Numbered from the stretch's first letter, positions 8,002-16,197 are shown. The stretch is DNA of 37,444 nt from Candidatus Magasanikiibacteriota bacterium (GCA_016212585.1 JACRFU010000075.1:1-37444); one strand, 5' to 3'. Program-made: numbers and translations. The notes: generated by a model not told the origin, from the letters alone.

Positions 8002-9689
8002 ATATTGTGTTTTGGTATTACATTAATATAGCCGCGATACATGCCCATAGAACAACTGAACAAATATCGCCCGGGCTTGTCCGGCGTGAACTCAAGCACA
8101 TTATCTGATTTCCCAGAAATCATCGCGCGCAAACCAAAATCTCTAGCCTGCAAAACACTGGCACACCCAGCCGCGTTTGTCCCATCTATTTCCCACTTCA
8201 CCGGTACCCCCGCTCTCACCGTAAATTCATCCGGTGTATAACCGTAACTATCTACAGTCATCTTTACAATTTGTTGTTTGCTATCAAATCGTACATTTGG
8301 GTCGTTGGCCGCACCATCGCTCCCGGGGTCCGCGGCCACGACCGAGCTTGAATTAAATGAAATCGTTGGCAATGGATACCCCAAAATTGTCAAACCATTT
8401 TGAATATTGTAAAGCCCCAACACCACCACAAGGGCGCCTGCAAACTGAAAAAACAATCTCCCTGCTTTACCTTTGAGCGAACTGGATGCCCAACCAAGCG
8501 CCAAAAGCGCCGGCGCGGTACCCAACGCAAATCCAAATAACAAAAGCGCGCTGGTTACGGCGCTACCGGTGGTAAGCGCGTACAACTGCAACGCCTGTGT
8601 AAATCCACACGGCAAGAAAAATGTAGAGGCTCCAAGCATAAATGGCGCCAAAGGATGCTCACTCTTTTGACCTGCGTCAAGCACTTTGTGCGATAAATCT
8701 TTTGATGCCATATTGGGTAAAATACCCCTAAGCCAAGACGGTGCTATATGAAGCATTTCCAATCCCATAATCAACATATAGAGCGCCGCGATAAGCGAAA
8801 TAACTCCTGTAATCCATTGCGGGAGCGACAACGATTTTCCAAGAAGTCCAATCAACCCACCTAAAACTCCATAGGACACTACGCGCCCTATTACAAACAT
8901 ATATACCGGATACATACGACCTAATCCTGTGGCACTAAACCGCTCATGAAATCGCGCCGCCGAAGAAAGCAAAAGACCTCCCGAAACCGCGATACATGAA
9001 GAGCTCGCGGCAATGAGCCCTATAACAAATACTGCCCAAAAACCCGTATTTTGCCCAATCACAAAACCTGTTTTAAATAGTCCGACCTTAGAAAGTATCC
9101 ACAAAACCCCCACCACAATAACAAAAACTCCAACGAGTTGATTGAAAGAAAGTTTTTGATCTTTTTTCTCACCAATTTCCGCCACAACACGATCCGCGCG
9201 CGCATGATTACCCGCAAGCGAACGAACACAATATCCATCATTCACAATGGCCGACTGTAACACATCAAACGACGGCGCCTGCGCGGAATTATATACCACG
9301 CGTGCCTCACCTTTTGACGCATTCACATTCACCTTGACTACGCCTTCAATTTTCTTAAACTTCCTTTCAATGGTGATTTCACAAGAACGGCACGTCATGC
9401 CATCAACACCGATTTTCAATTCTCCGCACTGTGGCGCACACGCTGTTGACGATTCGCATGGATTCTCTGCGACAGCACCAACTTCATAAACAGCAAGCTC
9501 AATACCATGCTCTTTAAGCACACTATTGATTACTTCTAGATTCATCGAATCTGCAATCACGATACGCGCTTTTTTATGCGATTCATTAATATCTACCTGC
9601 AAAACACTCTTTTGCCTCCCTAGTGCTTCTTTGAGTGTTCCCGTCCAATCTTCTTTACTACATCTAATATGTACTTTAATAACATGCAT
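7998..9689 (-). CDS. Fusion protein: degenerate HMA + HMA (CxxC) + DsbD_2/TauE-like polytopic membrane domain + C-terminal cupredoxin-like domain
   Basis: 563 aa. The first ~70 aa are HMA-like without CxxC. The second HMA has GMTCRSCE. About 6 TMs carry intramembrane Cys (SSSCIAVSGG, FFLPCGFTQALQLY). The C-terminal beta domain has YTPDEFTVRAGVPVKWEI ... AAGCA ... FTPDKPGRYLFSCSMGMYRG, which is a Cupredoxin_1-type pattern. Confidence 0.8.
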   Translation of the reverse strand: MHVIKVHIRCSKEDWTGTLKEALGRQKSVLQVDINESHKKARIVIADSMNLEVINSVLKEHGIELAVYEVGAVAENPCESSTACAPQCGELKIGVDGMTCRSCEITIERKFKKIEGVVKVNVNASKGEARVVYNSAQAPSFDVLQSAIVNDGYCVRSLAGNHARADRVVAEIGEKKDQKLSFNQLVGVFVIVVGVLWILSKVGLFKTGFVIGQNTGFWAVFVIGLIAASSSCIAVSGGLLLSSAARFHERFSATGLGRMYPVYMFVIGRVVSYGVLGGLIGLLGKSLSLPQWITGVISLIAALYMLIMGLEMLHIAPSWLRGILPNMASKDLSHKVLDAGQKSEHPLAPFMLGASTFFLPCGFTQALQLYALTTGSAVTSALLLFGFALGTAPALLALGWASSSLKGKAGRLFFQFAGALVVVLGLYNIQNGLTILGYPLPTISFNSSSVVAADPGSDGAANDPNVRFDSKQQIVKMTVDSYGYTPDEFTVRAGVPVKWEIDGTNAAGCASVLQARDFGLRAMISGKSDNVLEFTPDKPGRYLFSCSMGMYRGYINVIPKHNI

Positions 9690-9704
9690 ACGAAAAAAGT
9701 AAAG

Positions 9705-10250
9705 TTATTTTTTAAATAGATATTTTATTGCGGCCGCAATACCCGACATAAGAAGCAGTACCGTCAAGAGCATAATCAAACCGCTCGCCCATCCAAAACC
9801 CGCGTTCAACCCCACCAATCCATAACCACTCCCCATCATACCATAGCCTCGACCCCAATTTTGATTGAATGAACCACCCCTCATTGATTGATTGTAAAAA
9901 CCGCTCATCATACCCATCATTCCCATACCAACCGCATCACCGCAGTACCATCTGCGTGCCATTAAAATATGCATTTGTTTCAAATTTTCAGAACCCTCGC
10001 CGCCCAAAACTTGCTCCATATTTTTATGCGCTTGTCCAGGCATCATCTGTTCCATATAATAATCACCCATTTGTTCAAGCTGGTCTTGGCTCAACTGCCC
10101 GCATGGAGCGCCTTGGCTGATCAATAACTTTGCACTTGCAAACTCGTCGGTGCTCGCAACAGGCACATCAGCGGCGGCAAAGACGCCTGAAACAGAAAAA
10201 AACGCAACCGCAAATACGACTACAAAACTAAGACGTATATTTTTGTTCAT
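9705..10250 (-). CDS. Secreted/membrane-anchored Met- and Gly-rich protein (candidate Cu(I)-binding)
   Basis: 181 aa. Signal peptide (FVVVFAVAFFSVSGVFAAA), Met-rich tracts (YYMEQMMPGQAHKNMEQ, GMGMMGMMSGF, GYGMMGSGYG) and a C-terminal TM. No family was recognised. The metal-binding role is inferred from Met richness and operon context. Confidence 0.55.
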   Translation of the reverse strand: MNKNIRLSFVVVFAVAFFSVSGVFAAADVPVASTDEFASAKLLISQGAPCGQLSQDQLEQMGDYYMEQMMPGQAHKNMEQVLGGEGSENLKQMHILMARRWYCGDAVGMGMMGMMSGFYNQSMRGGSFNQNWGRGYGMMGSGYGLVGLNAGFGWASGLIMLLTVLLLMSGIAAAIKYLFKK

Positions 10251-10289
10251 ATATACTTATTAAAAATAAATAAATTTAAATACTAAAAA

Positions 10290-12353
10290 TTAATCCGATA
10301 ATTTTGCCTCAACTCTCTTTAGAAGAACCGCGTTAGTGGCAACAATAATAGAAGAAGCGGACATCAAAAGCGCGGAAATTTCCGGACGTAGAGAAATGCC
10401 AAATGAAGTATAAAATACTCCGGCCGCGACTGGGATGGCGAGCACATTATAAATCGCCGCCCAAAAAAGATTTTGCTTCATCTTCACCACAGTTGCCCTG
10501 CTTAAACGGATTGCCGCCACAATATCGTACGGATCGGATTTCATCAGCACAATATTGCCGGTTTCTACAGCAACATCGGTGCCAGCGCCGATAGCAATTC
10601 CTATATCCGCTTGAGCTAACGCCGGGGCATCGTTAATACCATCACCTACCATTGCCACAAATTTTCCTTCTTCTTGGAGTTTTTTAACATATTTTGCTTT
10701 GTCTTCCGGCAGGACATGCGCGAAATAGCGTTTAATCCCCAAATCATTGGCGACTTTCTTTGCTACTTCTTCATGATCTCCGGTTATCATCGCTACTTCA
10801 ATTCCCATCTCCTGCAATATAGCCACCGCTGTTTTTGCAGTTGGCTTGACCTCGTCGGCGATGCCCGCTGCGCCGATAATTTTTCCGTCAACCGCCACGA
10901 TGCTGATAGTGTTTCCATTAGACAAAAGGCGGTCTATTTCCGTTTTCATTTTTCCGAAATCAATTTTATTGTCAATCATTAAACGCTCGGTCCCGGCCAA
11001 AACAATTTTTCCGTCAATTTCCGCTTTTATTCCATGCCCGCCGAGGCTCTCAAATTTTTCCGTTTTTTTATTTCTAAATTCCAATTTTTTATTCTCTGCC
11101 TCTTTAATGAGAGCGGCGCTGATAGGGTGATTGGAACTGGTCTCCACAATCGCGATTATTTCTAAAACCTGACTTTGATTGTAACCTTCGGCCGCCACAA
11201 TCTCTGTCACTCTTGGTTTCCCTTCTGTAAGCGTTCCTGTTTTATCAAGAACAATAGCGGTTAATTTTGAAGTATTTTCAAGCGTGACCGCGTCTTTGAT
11301 TAAAATATTATGTTTGGCGCCAATTCCCGTGCCAACGGCAATGGCCGTCGGTGTGGCCAGCCCCAAAGCATCCGGACAAGCAATCACAATCGTAGAAACA
11401 GCAAAAGTTAAAGCGACTAGAGCAGTGTCTCCTGCAATAAAATACCAACCGAAAAAAGTTGCCAGTCCCGAGCCGATCGCTAAAACAACAAGCCACGCCG
11501 CGGCTTTGTCGGCGATTCTTTGCCCCGGCGCTTTGGAATTTTGCGCGGTTTCCACCATTTTAATAATTTGCGCCAAAACCGTATCGCCGCCAACTTTAAT
11601 CGCTTTAAACTTAATCACTCCGGTTTGGTTGATTGACCCGCCGATAACTTTGTCGTTGATTTTTTTGGTAACGGGGATTGACTCGCCAGTAACTAATGAC
11701 TCATCAATTGAAGATTCGCCTTCCATAACTTCGCCGTCAACAGGAACTTTATCACCCGGCTTAAGTATGACAATATCTCCGACCACAATTTCAACGCTGG
11801 GGATTATTACTTCCTTGCCGTCGCGCCAAACTCTCGCTTGCGGAGGAACTAAATCAAATAAAGCCCGGAGTGCCTCGGAAGTGCCGCGACGAGACTTCAT
11901 TTCCATCCAATGACCGAACAAAACAAACGTCACTAAAAGTGCTGCCGCTTCATAAAAAGTTTCAACTCCTTGCTGCATCACGGTTAAAACAACGCTAAAA
12001 AGATACGCCGCCAAAACGCCGGTTGATACCAAAACAGACATATCCAGCTTTCTTTTTTTGAACGAATAATATGTGCCGGTAATAAAAATTGATCCAGCCC
12101 AAAAAACAATCGGCGTGGTGAGAATAAAAAGAAGCCAATTAACAGGAATAGGCGTTGGCAGATTAAGTTTGAAAAAATTTTTACCAACCGGCGAATATAA
12201 AAATATGGGAATGGATAAAATTAAAGAAATCCAAAATCGACGGCGCATATCCGCTTCCATCGCTTTTGCTGTCTGGGGATTGGTCATCGCAGCTTCGTGA
12301 TTCATGTGCGACATTTTGGACATGTCGTGCCCCGCGTGATTTATTGTTTGCAT
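10290..12353 (-). CDS. P1B-type heavy-metal ATPase, CopB-like, with His/Met-rich N-terminus and an unusual CPD transmembrane motif
   Basis: 687 aa. N-terminus is MQTINHAGHDMSKMSHMNHEAAM with no HMA domain. Motifs: TGES, IACPDALGLATP (codons tgt-ccg-gat confirmed on the minus strand), [18 protein letters not shown], and C-terminal YNVLAIPVAAG and LLMSASSIIVATNA. Confidence 0.88.
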   Translation of the reverse strand: MQTINHAGHDMSKMSHMNHEAAMTNPQTAKAMEADMRRRFWISLILSIPIFLYSPVGKNFFKLNLPTPIPVNWLLFILTTPIVFWAGSIFITGTYYSFKKRKLDMSVLVSTGVLAAYLFSVVLTVMQQGVETFYEAAALLVTFVLFGHWMEMKSRRGTSEALRALFDLVPPQARVWRDGKEVIIPSVEIVVGDIVILKPGDKVPVDGEVMEGESSIDESLVTGESIPVTKKINDKVIGGSINQTGVIKFKAIKVGGDTVLAQIIKMVETAQNSKAPGQRIADKAAAWLVVLAIGSGLATFFGWYFIAGDTALVALTFAVSTIVIACPDALGLATPTAIAVGTGIGAKHNILIKDAVTLENTSKLTAIVLDKTGTLTEGKPRVTEIVAAEGYNQSQVLEIIAIVETSSNHPISAALIKEAENKKLEFRNKKTEKFESLGGHGIKAEIDGKIVLAGTERLMIDNKIDFGKMKTEIDRLLSNGNTISIVAVDGKIIGAAGIADEVKPTAKTAVAILQEMGIEVAMITGDHEEVAKKVANDLGIKRYFAHVLPEDKAKYVKKLQEEGKFVAMVGDGINDAPALAQADIGIAIGAGTDVAVETGNIVLMKSDPYDIVAAIRLSRATVVKMKQNLFWAAIYNVLAIPVAAGVFYTSFGISLRPEISALLMSASSIIVATNAVLLKRVEAKLSD

Positions 12354-12370
12354 AAACTATTTTGCATTAA

Positions 12371-13075
12371 TTAACGCAACGGACGATCAAAACTATATTC
12401 TCCTTCTACTCTCATAAATTTATTATTCACACAAGAATAAATGAGCGGACGACCTGTTGGAAGATCTAAAAATGGAATTTGATCATCTTCTATATTTTCT
12501 AAAAATTTGATAATCGCGCGTAACGTGTTTCCGTGCGCGACAATTAGCACTTTCTGTCCTTGCCCTATTCTTGGGTGGATACACTCTTGAAAATATGGAA
12601 TTACCTTGTCAAATACATCTTTTAAACTTTCACCTTTAGGCGGTCTATCCTTGAATCCACGGCGCCACCTAGACACTTTTTTTAAGCCAAATTGTTGAGA
12701 AGCTAGAGCTTTGTCTAACCCCTGCAAATCACCATAGGATCGTTCATTAAGATGTGTACTCGTAAAAATAAGAAATGTTTCACGAATAAAATCCTCCGGC
12801 GACTTACTAAAATGGTTATAAGAGCGATTTTTCTCATGTTGAAAGATTCCAATCTTTTTCTGATGCGACAAAATAACCAGAAGGGTTTCGTGCGCGCGTT
12901 CAAGGTGCGATGTAAAAGCAACGTCATAATCAAATTGCCTGCAATGATCGGCGACTTGATGCGCTTCATCAAGTCCTTTTTTACTCAAAGGAATATCAAT
13001 CAAGCCGGTAAAAATATTTAATTCATTCAAGCGAGACTCGCCGTGCCGCACTAGAACAAGCGTCCCATGTTTCAT
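12371..13075 (-). CDS. gpmA: 2,3-bisphosphoglycerate-dependent phosphoglycerate mutase (histidine phosphatase superfamily)
   Basis: 234 aa. Motifs: LVRHGESRLNELNIFTG, D.PLSKKG..EA, RSYGDLQG, and VLIVAHGNTLRAIIKFLENI..DQIPFLDLPTGRPLIY. These are classic dPGM motifs. Confidence 0.85.
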   Translation of the reverse strand: MKHGTLVLVRHGESRLNELNIFTGLIDIPLSKKGLDEAHQVADHCRQFDYDVAFTSHLERAHETLLVILSHQKKIGIFQHEKNRSYNHFSKSPEDFIRETFLIFTSTHLNERSYGDLQGLDKALASQQFGLKKVSRWRRGFKDRPPKGESLKDVFDKVIPYFQECIHPRIGQGQKVLIVAHGNTLRAIIKFLENIEDDQIPFLDLPTGRPLIYSCVNNKFMRVEGEYSFDRPLR

Positions 13076-13090
13076 ATCGTGCTATCAAAA

Positions 13091-13378
13091 TCATTTATTA
13101 GACAAAACATAAAGTTTAATCAATTCGCTGATTGTTTTGGACTCTTCTTTACCATTTATCTGATGTTTAACATGGGAACGCAAATGATTCTCAATAAGAA
13201 AGGCGTCAAGACTTTTGAGCGAGCGTTGAATAGAACGGGTCTGCTCAAGTAATTGGGTACAGTACAGTTCTTGATCAATAGCCTTAATAAGACCTTCCAA
13301 CTGGCCCCGAATTATTCTTGCTCTGTGAAGAGCCCTTTTTTTGAGTTTTTGATTTACCATGACAGGTTGATGAAACAT
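13091..13378 (-). CDS. CsoR/RcnR/FrmR-family (DUF156) metal-sensing transcriptional repressor with an H-C-H-H ligand fingerprint
   Basis: 95 aa. Family core: RARIIRGQLEGLIKAIDQELYCTQLLEQTRSIQRSLKSLDAFLIENHLRSHV. Candidate ligand positions are His3, Cys40, His65 and His69, with spacing C+25=H and H+4=H. Confidence 0.85.
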   Translation of the reverse strand: MFHQPVMVNQKLKKRALHRARIIRGQLEGLIKAIDQELYCTQLLEQTRSIQRSLKSLDAFLIENHLRSHVKHQINGKEESKTISELIKLYVLSNK

Positions 13379-13402
13379 ATGCTCAATGTTATATCAGTTC
13401 CT

Positions 13403-13431
13403 ATCATATACCCCCGCCCCCTATTTGTCAA
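13403..13431 (-). promoter_or_regulatory. Strong sigma70-type promoter with a C5-G-C5 tract operator in the spacer, upstream of the CsoR/RcnR-family gene
   Basis: The minus strand reads TTGACA (13431-13426), a 17-nt spacer AATAGGGGGCGGGGGTA, then TATGAT (13408-13403). The spacer holds an 11-bp G/C tract flanked by the AT-rich inverted triplets ATA/TAT (13408-13424). The ATG is at 13378. A second TTGACA lies 20 nt further upstream. Confidence 0.6.
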
Positions 13432-13466
13432 GTGCCTCCAAAAATTGTCAATGGCGTGCGTTTTGT

Positions 13467-13937
13467 TTATTTCACATTCCATTTAAAAACACGCTCGGGA
13501 GCTTCTCCAATATCTCTTATTCTTAATTCAAAATATCTTGGTATGGTATTAAAAGGAGCAAAAAATAATGTTCCGCTCCGGTGATGCCCGCCAGGTCCTG
13601 ACCCAGTCCAGCTCACTGGCTTATACTCGTTGGATTGATCATCCAACAGAATAGATTGTTTTACCAAATCATCGTCCAAATCCACGGTATGGGTACTAAG
13701 ATTGATATCAAATTGTAACGGAACATTTAGCTCTATTTTTGCCGGGGTCACCTCAATATTTACCCCCCTTTGTTCGTCCACACGGCTTTCAAACGCGGCA
13801 TCAAGCGATGCGCTGGCGGCAACATTTGGTCTTGCAGATATTTTTTTTGATGTAAGCGTATTGCGTAAAATCAAAATAATGATTGCCACACTCACCGCCA
13901 TCAACACCACCCAAAAAATCATCGTTCGTGTTTTCAT
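13467..13937 (-). CDS. Membrane-anchored extracytoplasmic protein, unknown function (GPGGHH loop)
   Basis: 156 aa. N-terminal signal anchor (IFWVVLMAVSVAIIILIL), a beta-rich ectodomain, and a WTGSGPGGHHRSG loop. It overlaps the upstream gene by 4 nt. No family was recognised. Confidence 0.6.
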   Translation of the reverse strand: MKTRTMIFWVVLMAVSVAIIILILRNTLTSKKISARPNVAASASLDAAFESRVDEQRGVNIEVTPAKIELNVPLQFDINLSTHTVDLDDDLVKQSILLDDQSNEYKPVSWTGSGPGGHHRSGTLFFAPFNTIPRYFELRIRDIGEAPERVFKWNVK

Positions 13938-14371
13938 AGTATTGATTTCTTAAACATAAACAGCTTGCGAGCAATAAAAATTATTCCTCCTATGTTAAAC
14001 GCAAGTCCAATCCAAAATAACCGTATCTGGTAGTGAGCTATAAAACTCAAGGCTCCGGCGATTCCCAATATCGGAGCAATGTTTGCCAGATAGTGCGCGC
14101 AACAAGATATCATCGCGGCGGTTGAGGTTGTGCCTGATACCGCCAATACTTTCCCAGAATCGCGCCGTTCACGCACGGCGTCTTTTAAAAACATATACAA
14201 ACAGATTTGTATGCCAAAGCCTAAAGCCAAACTAACAATATAGTACCAAAAATCGCCAAATTGTTCTTTAGTGAATCTCCATCCAGAGACAAGAGTTAAA
14301 ATAGAAAAATAAAAAACCAACAACATCACGCTTGCCGCCAATCCGTACAATATTGGTTTGAAATACTTCAT
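13934..14371 (-). CDS. Four-TM membrane protein with an intramembrane SCCAH motif
   Basis: 145 aa with four predicted TMs. The motif AAMISCCAHYLANIAPILG lies at the start of TM3. It overlaps both neighbouring genes by 4 nt. No family was recognised. Confidence 0.6.
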   Translation of the reverse strand: MKYFKPILYGLAASVMLLVFYFSILTLVSGWRFTKEQFGDFWYYIVSLALGFGIQICLYMFLKDAVRERRDSGKVLAVSGTTSTAAMISCCAHYLANIAPILGIAGALSFIAHYQIRLFWIGLAFNIGGIIFIARKLFMFKKSIL

Positions 14372-15051
14372 TTTAACTTCGCCAATTCATCCACGAGTTG
14401 GTTATTATGAATCGCCATTCTTGGATCATCATATACATGCTGGACAATTCCCTCTCTATCTATAATAACATAACTATGCCCGGGCAAAGACCCAAAATGC
14501 ATGGATGATGGCGTGGTGAGCACACCAAAATTATTGGAAACTTGTTTGTCTGTGTCAAACACTACCGTTGCCTTAGCTAATTCCGGCATTTTTTTAACGG
14601 CGCTTTGCCAATCTTTGGCAGAGTCAACCACTATAGATAGGACTACGGTGTCCGCGTTGTTCAATCTGTTGTCGGAAGCGAGTTGGACAATTTGTTCCCA
14701 GCACGCGGGATAACACATTAACCCCTCATTGAAAAAAAGAACGATCTTTTTGCCTTTGAGACTCTCTTTGCTATAGGTTTTGCCATCTTTATCAACAAAT
14801 GCAAAGTCAGGAACGGATTTTCCGACTAAAGCGTCAATACCCGCGGTAGAGGCTTTGCCTCCATTCCCGGAATGATGTCCCGCTATGCCATCTTGCGATT
14901 CTTGCGTTTTAGCAGTAGCAGTATTCTTATTTTCTTTTTCCGCGGCACTGCTCAAAAACCAAATCGCGGCAACTACTATAATGGTAAACGAAGCAATACC
15001 TGCCAGAATAACCGAATTTTCATTCTTGTCGTGGTGTGTCTTTTTGCTCAT
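14368..15051 (-). CDS. Membrane-anchored thioredoxin-fold protein (redoxin/AhpC-TSA-like) with CxxxC spacing
   Basis: 227 aa. N-terminal TM (VILAGIASFTIIVVAAIWFL); GKKIVLFFNEGLMCYPACWEQI, where Cys-Y-P-A-Cys is CxxxC rather than CxxC; and a cis-Pro-region-like LPGHSYVIIDREGIV. The CxxxC plus downstream His resembles the Sco1/SenC pattern, which is inference only. Confidence 0.65.
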   Translation of the reverse strand: MSKKTHHDKNENSVILAGIASFTIIVVAAIWFLSSAAEKENKNTATAKTQESQDGIAGHHSGNGGKASTAGIDALVGKSVPDFAFVDKDGKTYSKESLKGKKIVLFFNEGLMCYPACWEQIVQLASDNRLNNADTVVLSIVVDSAKDWQSAVKKMPELAKATVVFDTDKQVSNNFGVLTTPSSMHFGSLPGHSYVIIDREGIVQHVYDDPRMAIHNNQLVDELAKLK

Positions 15052-15907
15052 ACTTTTCTTTTTTAAATAAGTAAATAGTTTTGGCTATTAAACCGATGAA
15101 CAATAATAAAAACAGTGCCGCCCACGCGTATTCCGGCAAGAGAGTGATGAATCCTCGTACGGAATTAAATAAGTTAGTGAGATATATATTTACGTCAACC
15201 TGCAACGACGATTGCATGGTAAGCCTATTGGAAAATGCGAGGCTCATGGTTACTACAGCCATTACCATGAACATTATGCCTGAAATAAATTCGCCGATTG
15301 TCAAACTAACTTTTACTGTACCCAATGAATACGAAATCGGCTTACGCATACCCATAAATTTCTTTGTTATCGCGCCTTTATCCAGGAAAGAAGCGATAAA
15401 AAACAAAGGGATTACCATGCCAAGCACGTAACTCAATGTATAGAGTACTCCCCAAAAAATCGATCCGGGTAAAGCCGATAACGCTAACACGCCGGCCAAC
15501 ACCGGCGCGCAACAGGTGGTGGCAATTCCGGAAAATACGCCCAACATAAAAACAGAAAATGGATGATGATTCTTGAGCGTCGGACTCACATGAAAGGGCA
15601 AGGTAAAGTGCCTGCCTGTAAGGAGCAACAAACCAAGAATCATCAGAAAAATACTACCAAAAACAAAAATGGTATTATGATTTTTGCTTAATAACTGCCC
15701 AAATGCGGCAGAACCCAACCCCAGAGGCAAAAAAACCAAAAGGATGCCCAAGAAAAAAATAAAAGTCATTACAAAAACTTTTTTGCGCTCCCGAAATATT
15801 GAGCCGAGGTAAGATGGTAACAACACCGTAATACAACACGGCGCGAAAAGCGCCGCCACACCAGCTACAAATGCCGCCACCAATGAGGTGCCAATGAGTA
15901 CATTCAC
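15020..15907 (-). CDS. CcdA/DsbD-like thiol:disulfide transmembrane electron-transfer protein (DsbD_2-type)
   Basis: Polytopic protein with vicinal or intramembrane Cys in TM1 (LFAPCCITVLLPSYLG) and a later TM (TTCCAPVLAGVLALS). The track ORF extends to 16033 but overlaps the DUF2933-like gene by 119 nt and translates a poly-Lys run. An in-frame GTG at 15907, 8 nt after that gene's stop, gives a start right before TM1. The start is uncertain. Confidence 0.7.
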   Translation of the reverse strand: MNVLIGTSLVAAFVAGVAALFAPCCITVLLPSYLGSIFRERKKVFVMTFIFFLGILLVFLPLGLGSAAFGQLLSKNHNTIFVFGSIFLMILGLLLLTGRHFTLPFHVSPTLKNHHPFSVFMLGVFSGIATTCCAPVLAGVLALSALPGSIFWGVLYTLSYVLGMVIPLFFIASFLDKGAITKKFMGMRKPISYSLGTVKVSLTIGEFISGIMFMVMAVVTMSLAFSNRLTMQSSLQVDVNIYLTNLFNSVRGFITLLPEYAWAALFLLLFIGLIAKTIYLFKKEKYEQKDTPRQE

Positions 15908-15914
15908 AAAATTA

Positions 15915-16193
15915 TTATTTGATATCTGTTGATATTTCTTTTTCTTTTTTTTCGCCGCCGGATTTGCAACAACCACCACCCGCGGATTTATTGTCAGATT
16001 GCCCGGAATGTCCATCTTGGCCGTGTCCACCATGCCCCTTCATCATAAAAACATGCAAAAGAGGACATGCGATAACAAAAAGCCACACTAAAGAGTTGCC
16101 CCCTAAATTAGGAAACAATCTTGGCAAAATAATAATGGCGGCTACGACCGCGATACCTATGCCGAGCATAGTGGAAAGTTTTGGAAACTGCAT
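15915..16193 (-). CDS. Small membrane protein resembling DUF2933 (CPLLH-FMM-GHGGHG motif) with a Gly/Cys/Lys-rich tail
   Basis: 92 aa with two TMs. The motif VIACPLLHVFMMKGHGGHGQDGHSG matches my recollection of DUF2933 proteins found in heavy-metal clusters. The tail carries GGGCCKSGG. Confidence 0.6.
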   Translation of the reverse strand: MQFPKLSTMLGIGIAVVAAIIILPRLFPNLGGNSLVWLFVIACPLLHVFMMKGHGGHGQDGHSGQSDNKSAGGGCCKSGGEKKEKEISTDIK

Positions 16194-16197
16194 ATGA

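Noticed and set aside
13403-13431. A canonical palindromic CsoR operator (C-tract ... G-tract) upstream of the CsoR-family gene
   Set aside because: The site is C5-G-C5 on one strand (G5-C-G5 on the other), not C-tract/G-tract palindromic. Only the flanking ATA/TAT triplets are inverted. It is kept as an RcnR-type-like candidate instead.
15908-16033. Long form of the CcdA-like ORF (start 16033) with a poly-Lys run (AAKKKKKKY)
   Set aside because: It would overlap the DUF2933-like gene by 119 nt in another frame. The poly-Lys is the alternative reading of that gene's GGEKKEKE tail. I prefer the GTG at 15907, but this is unproven.
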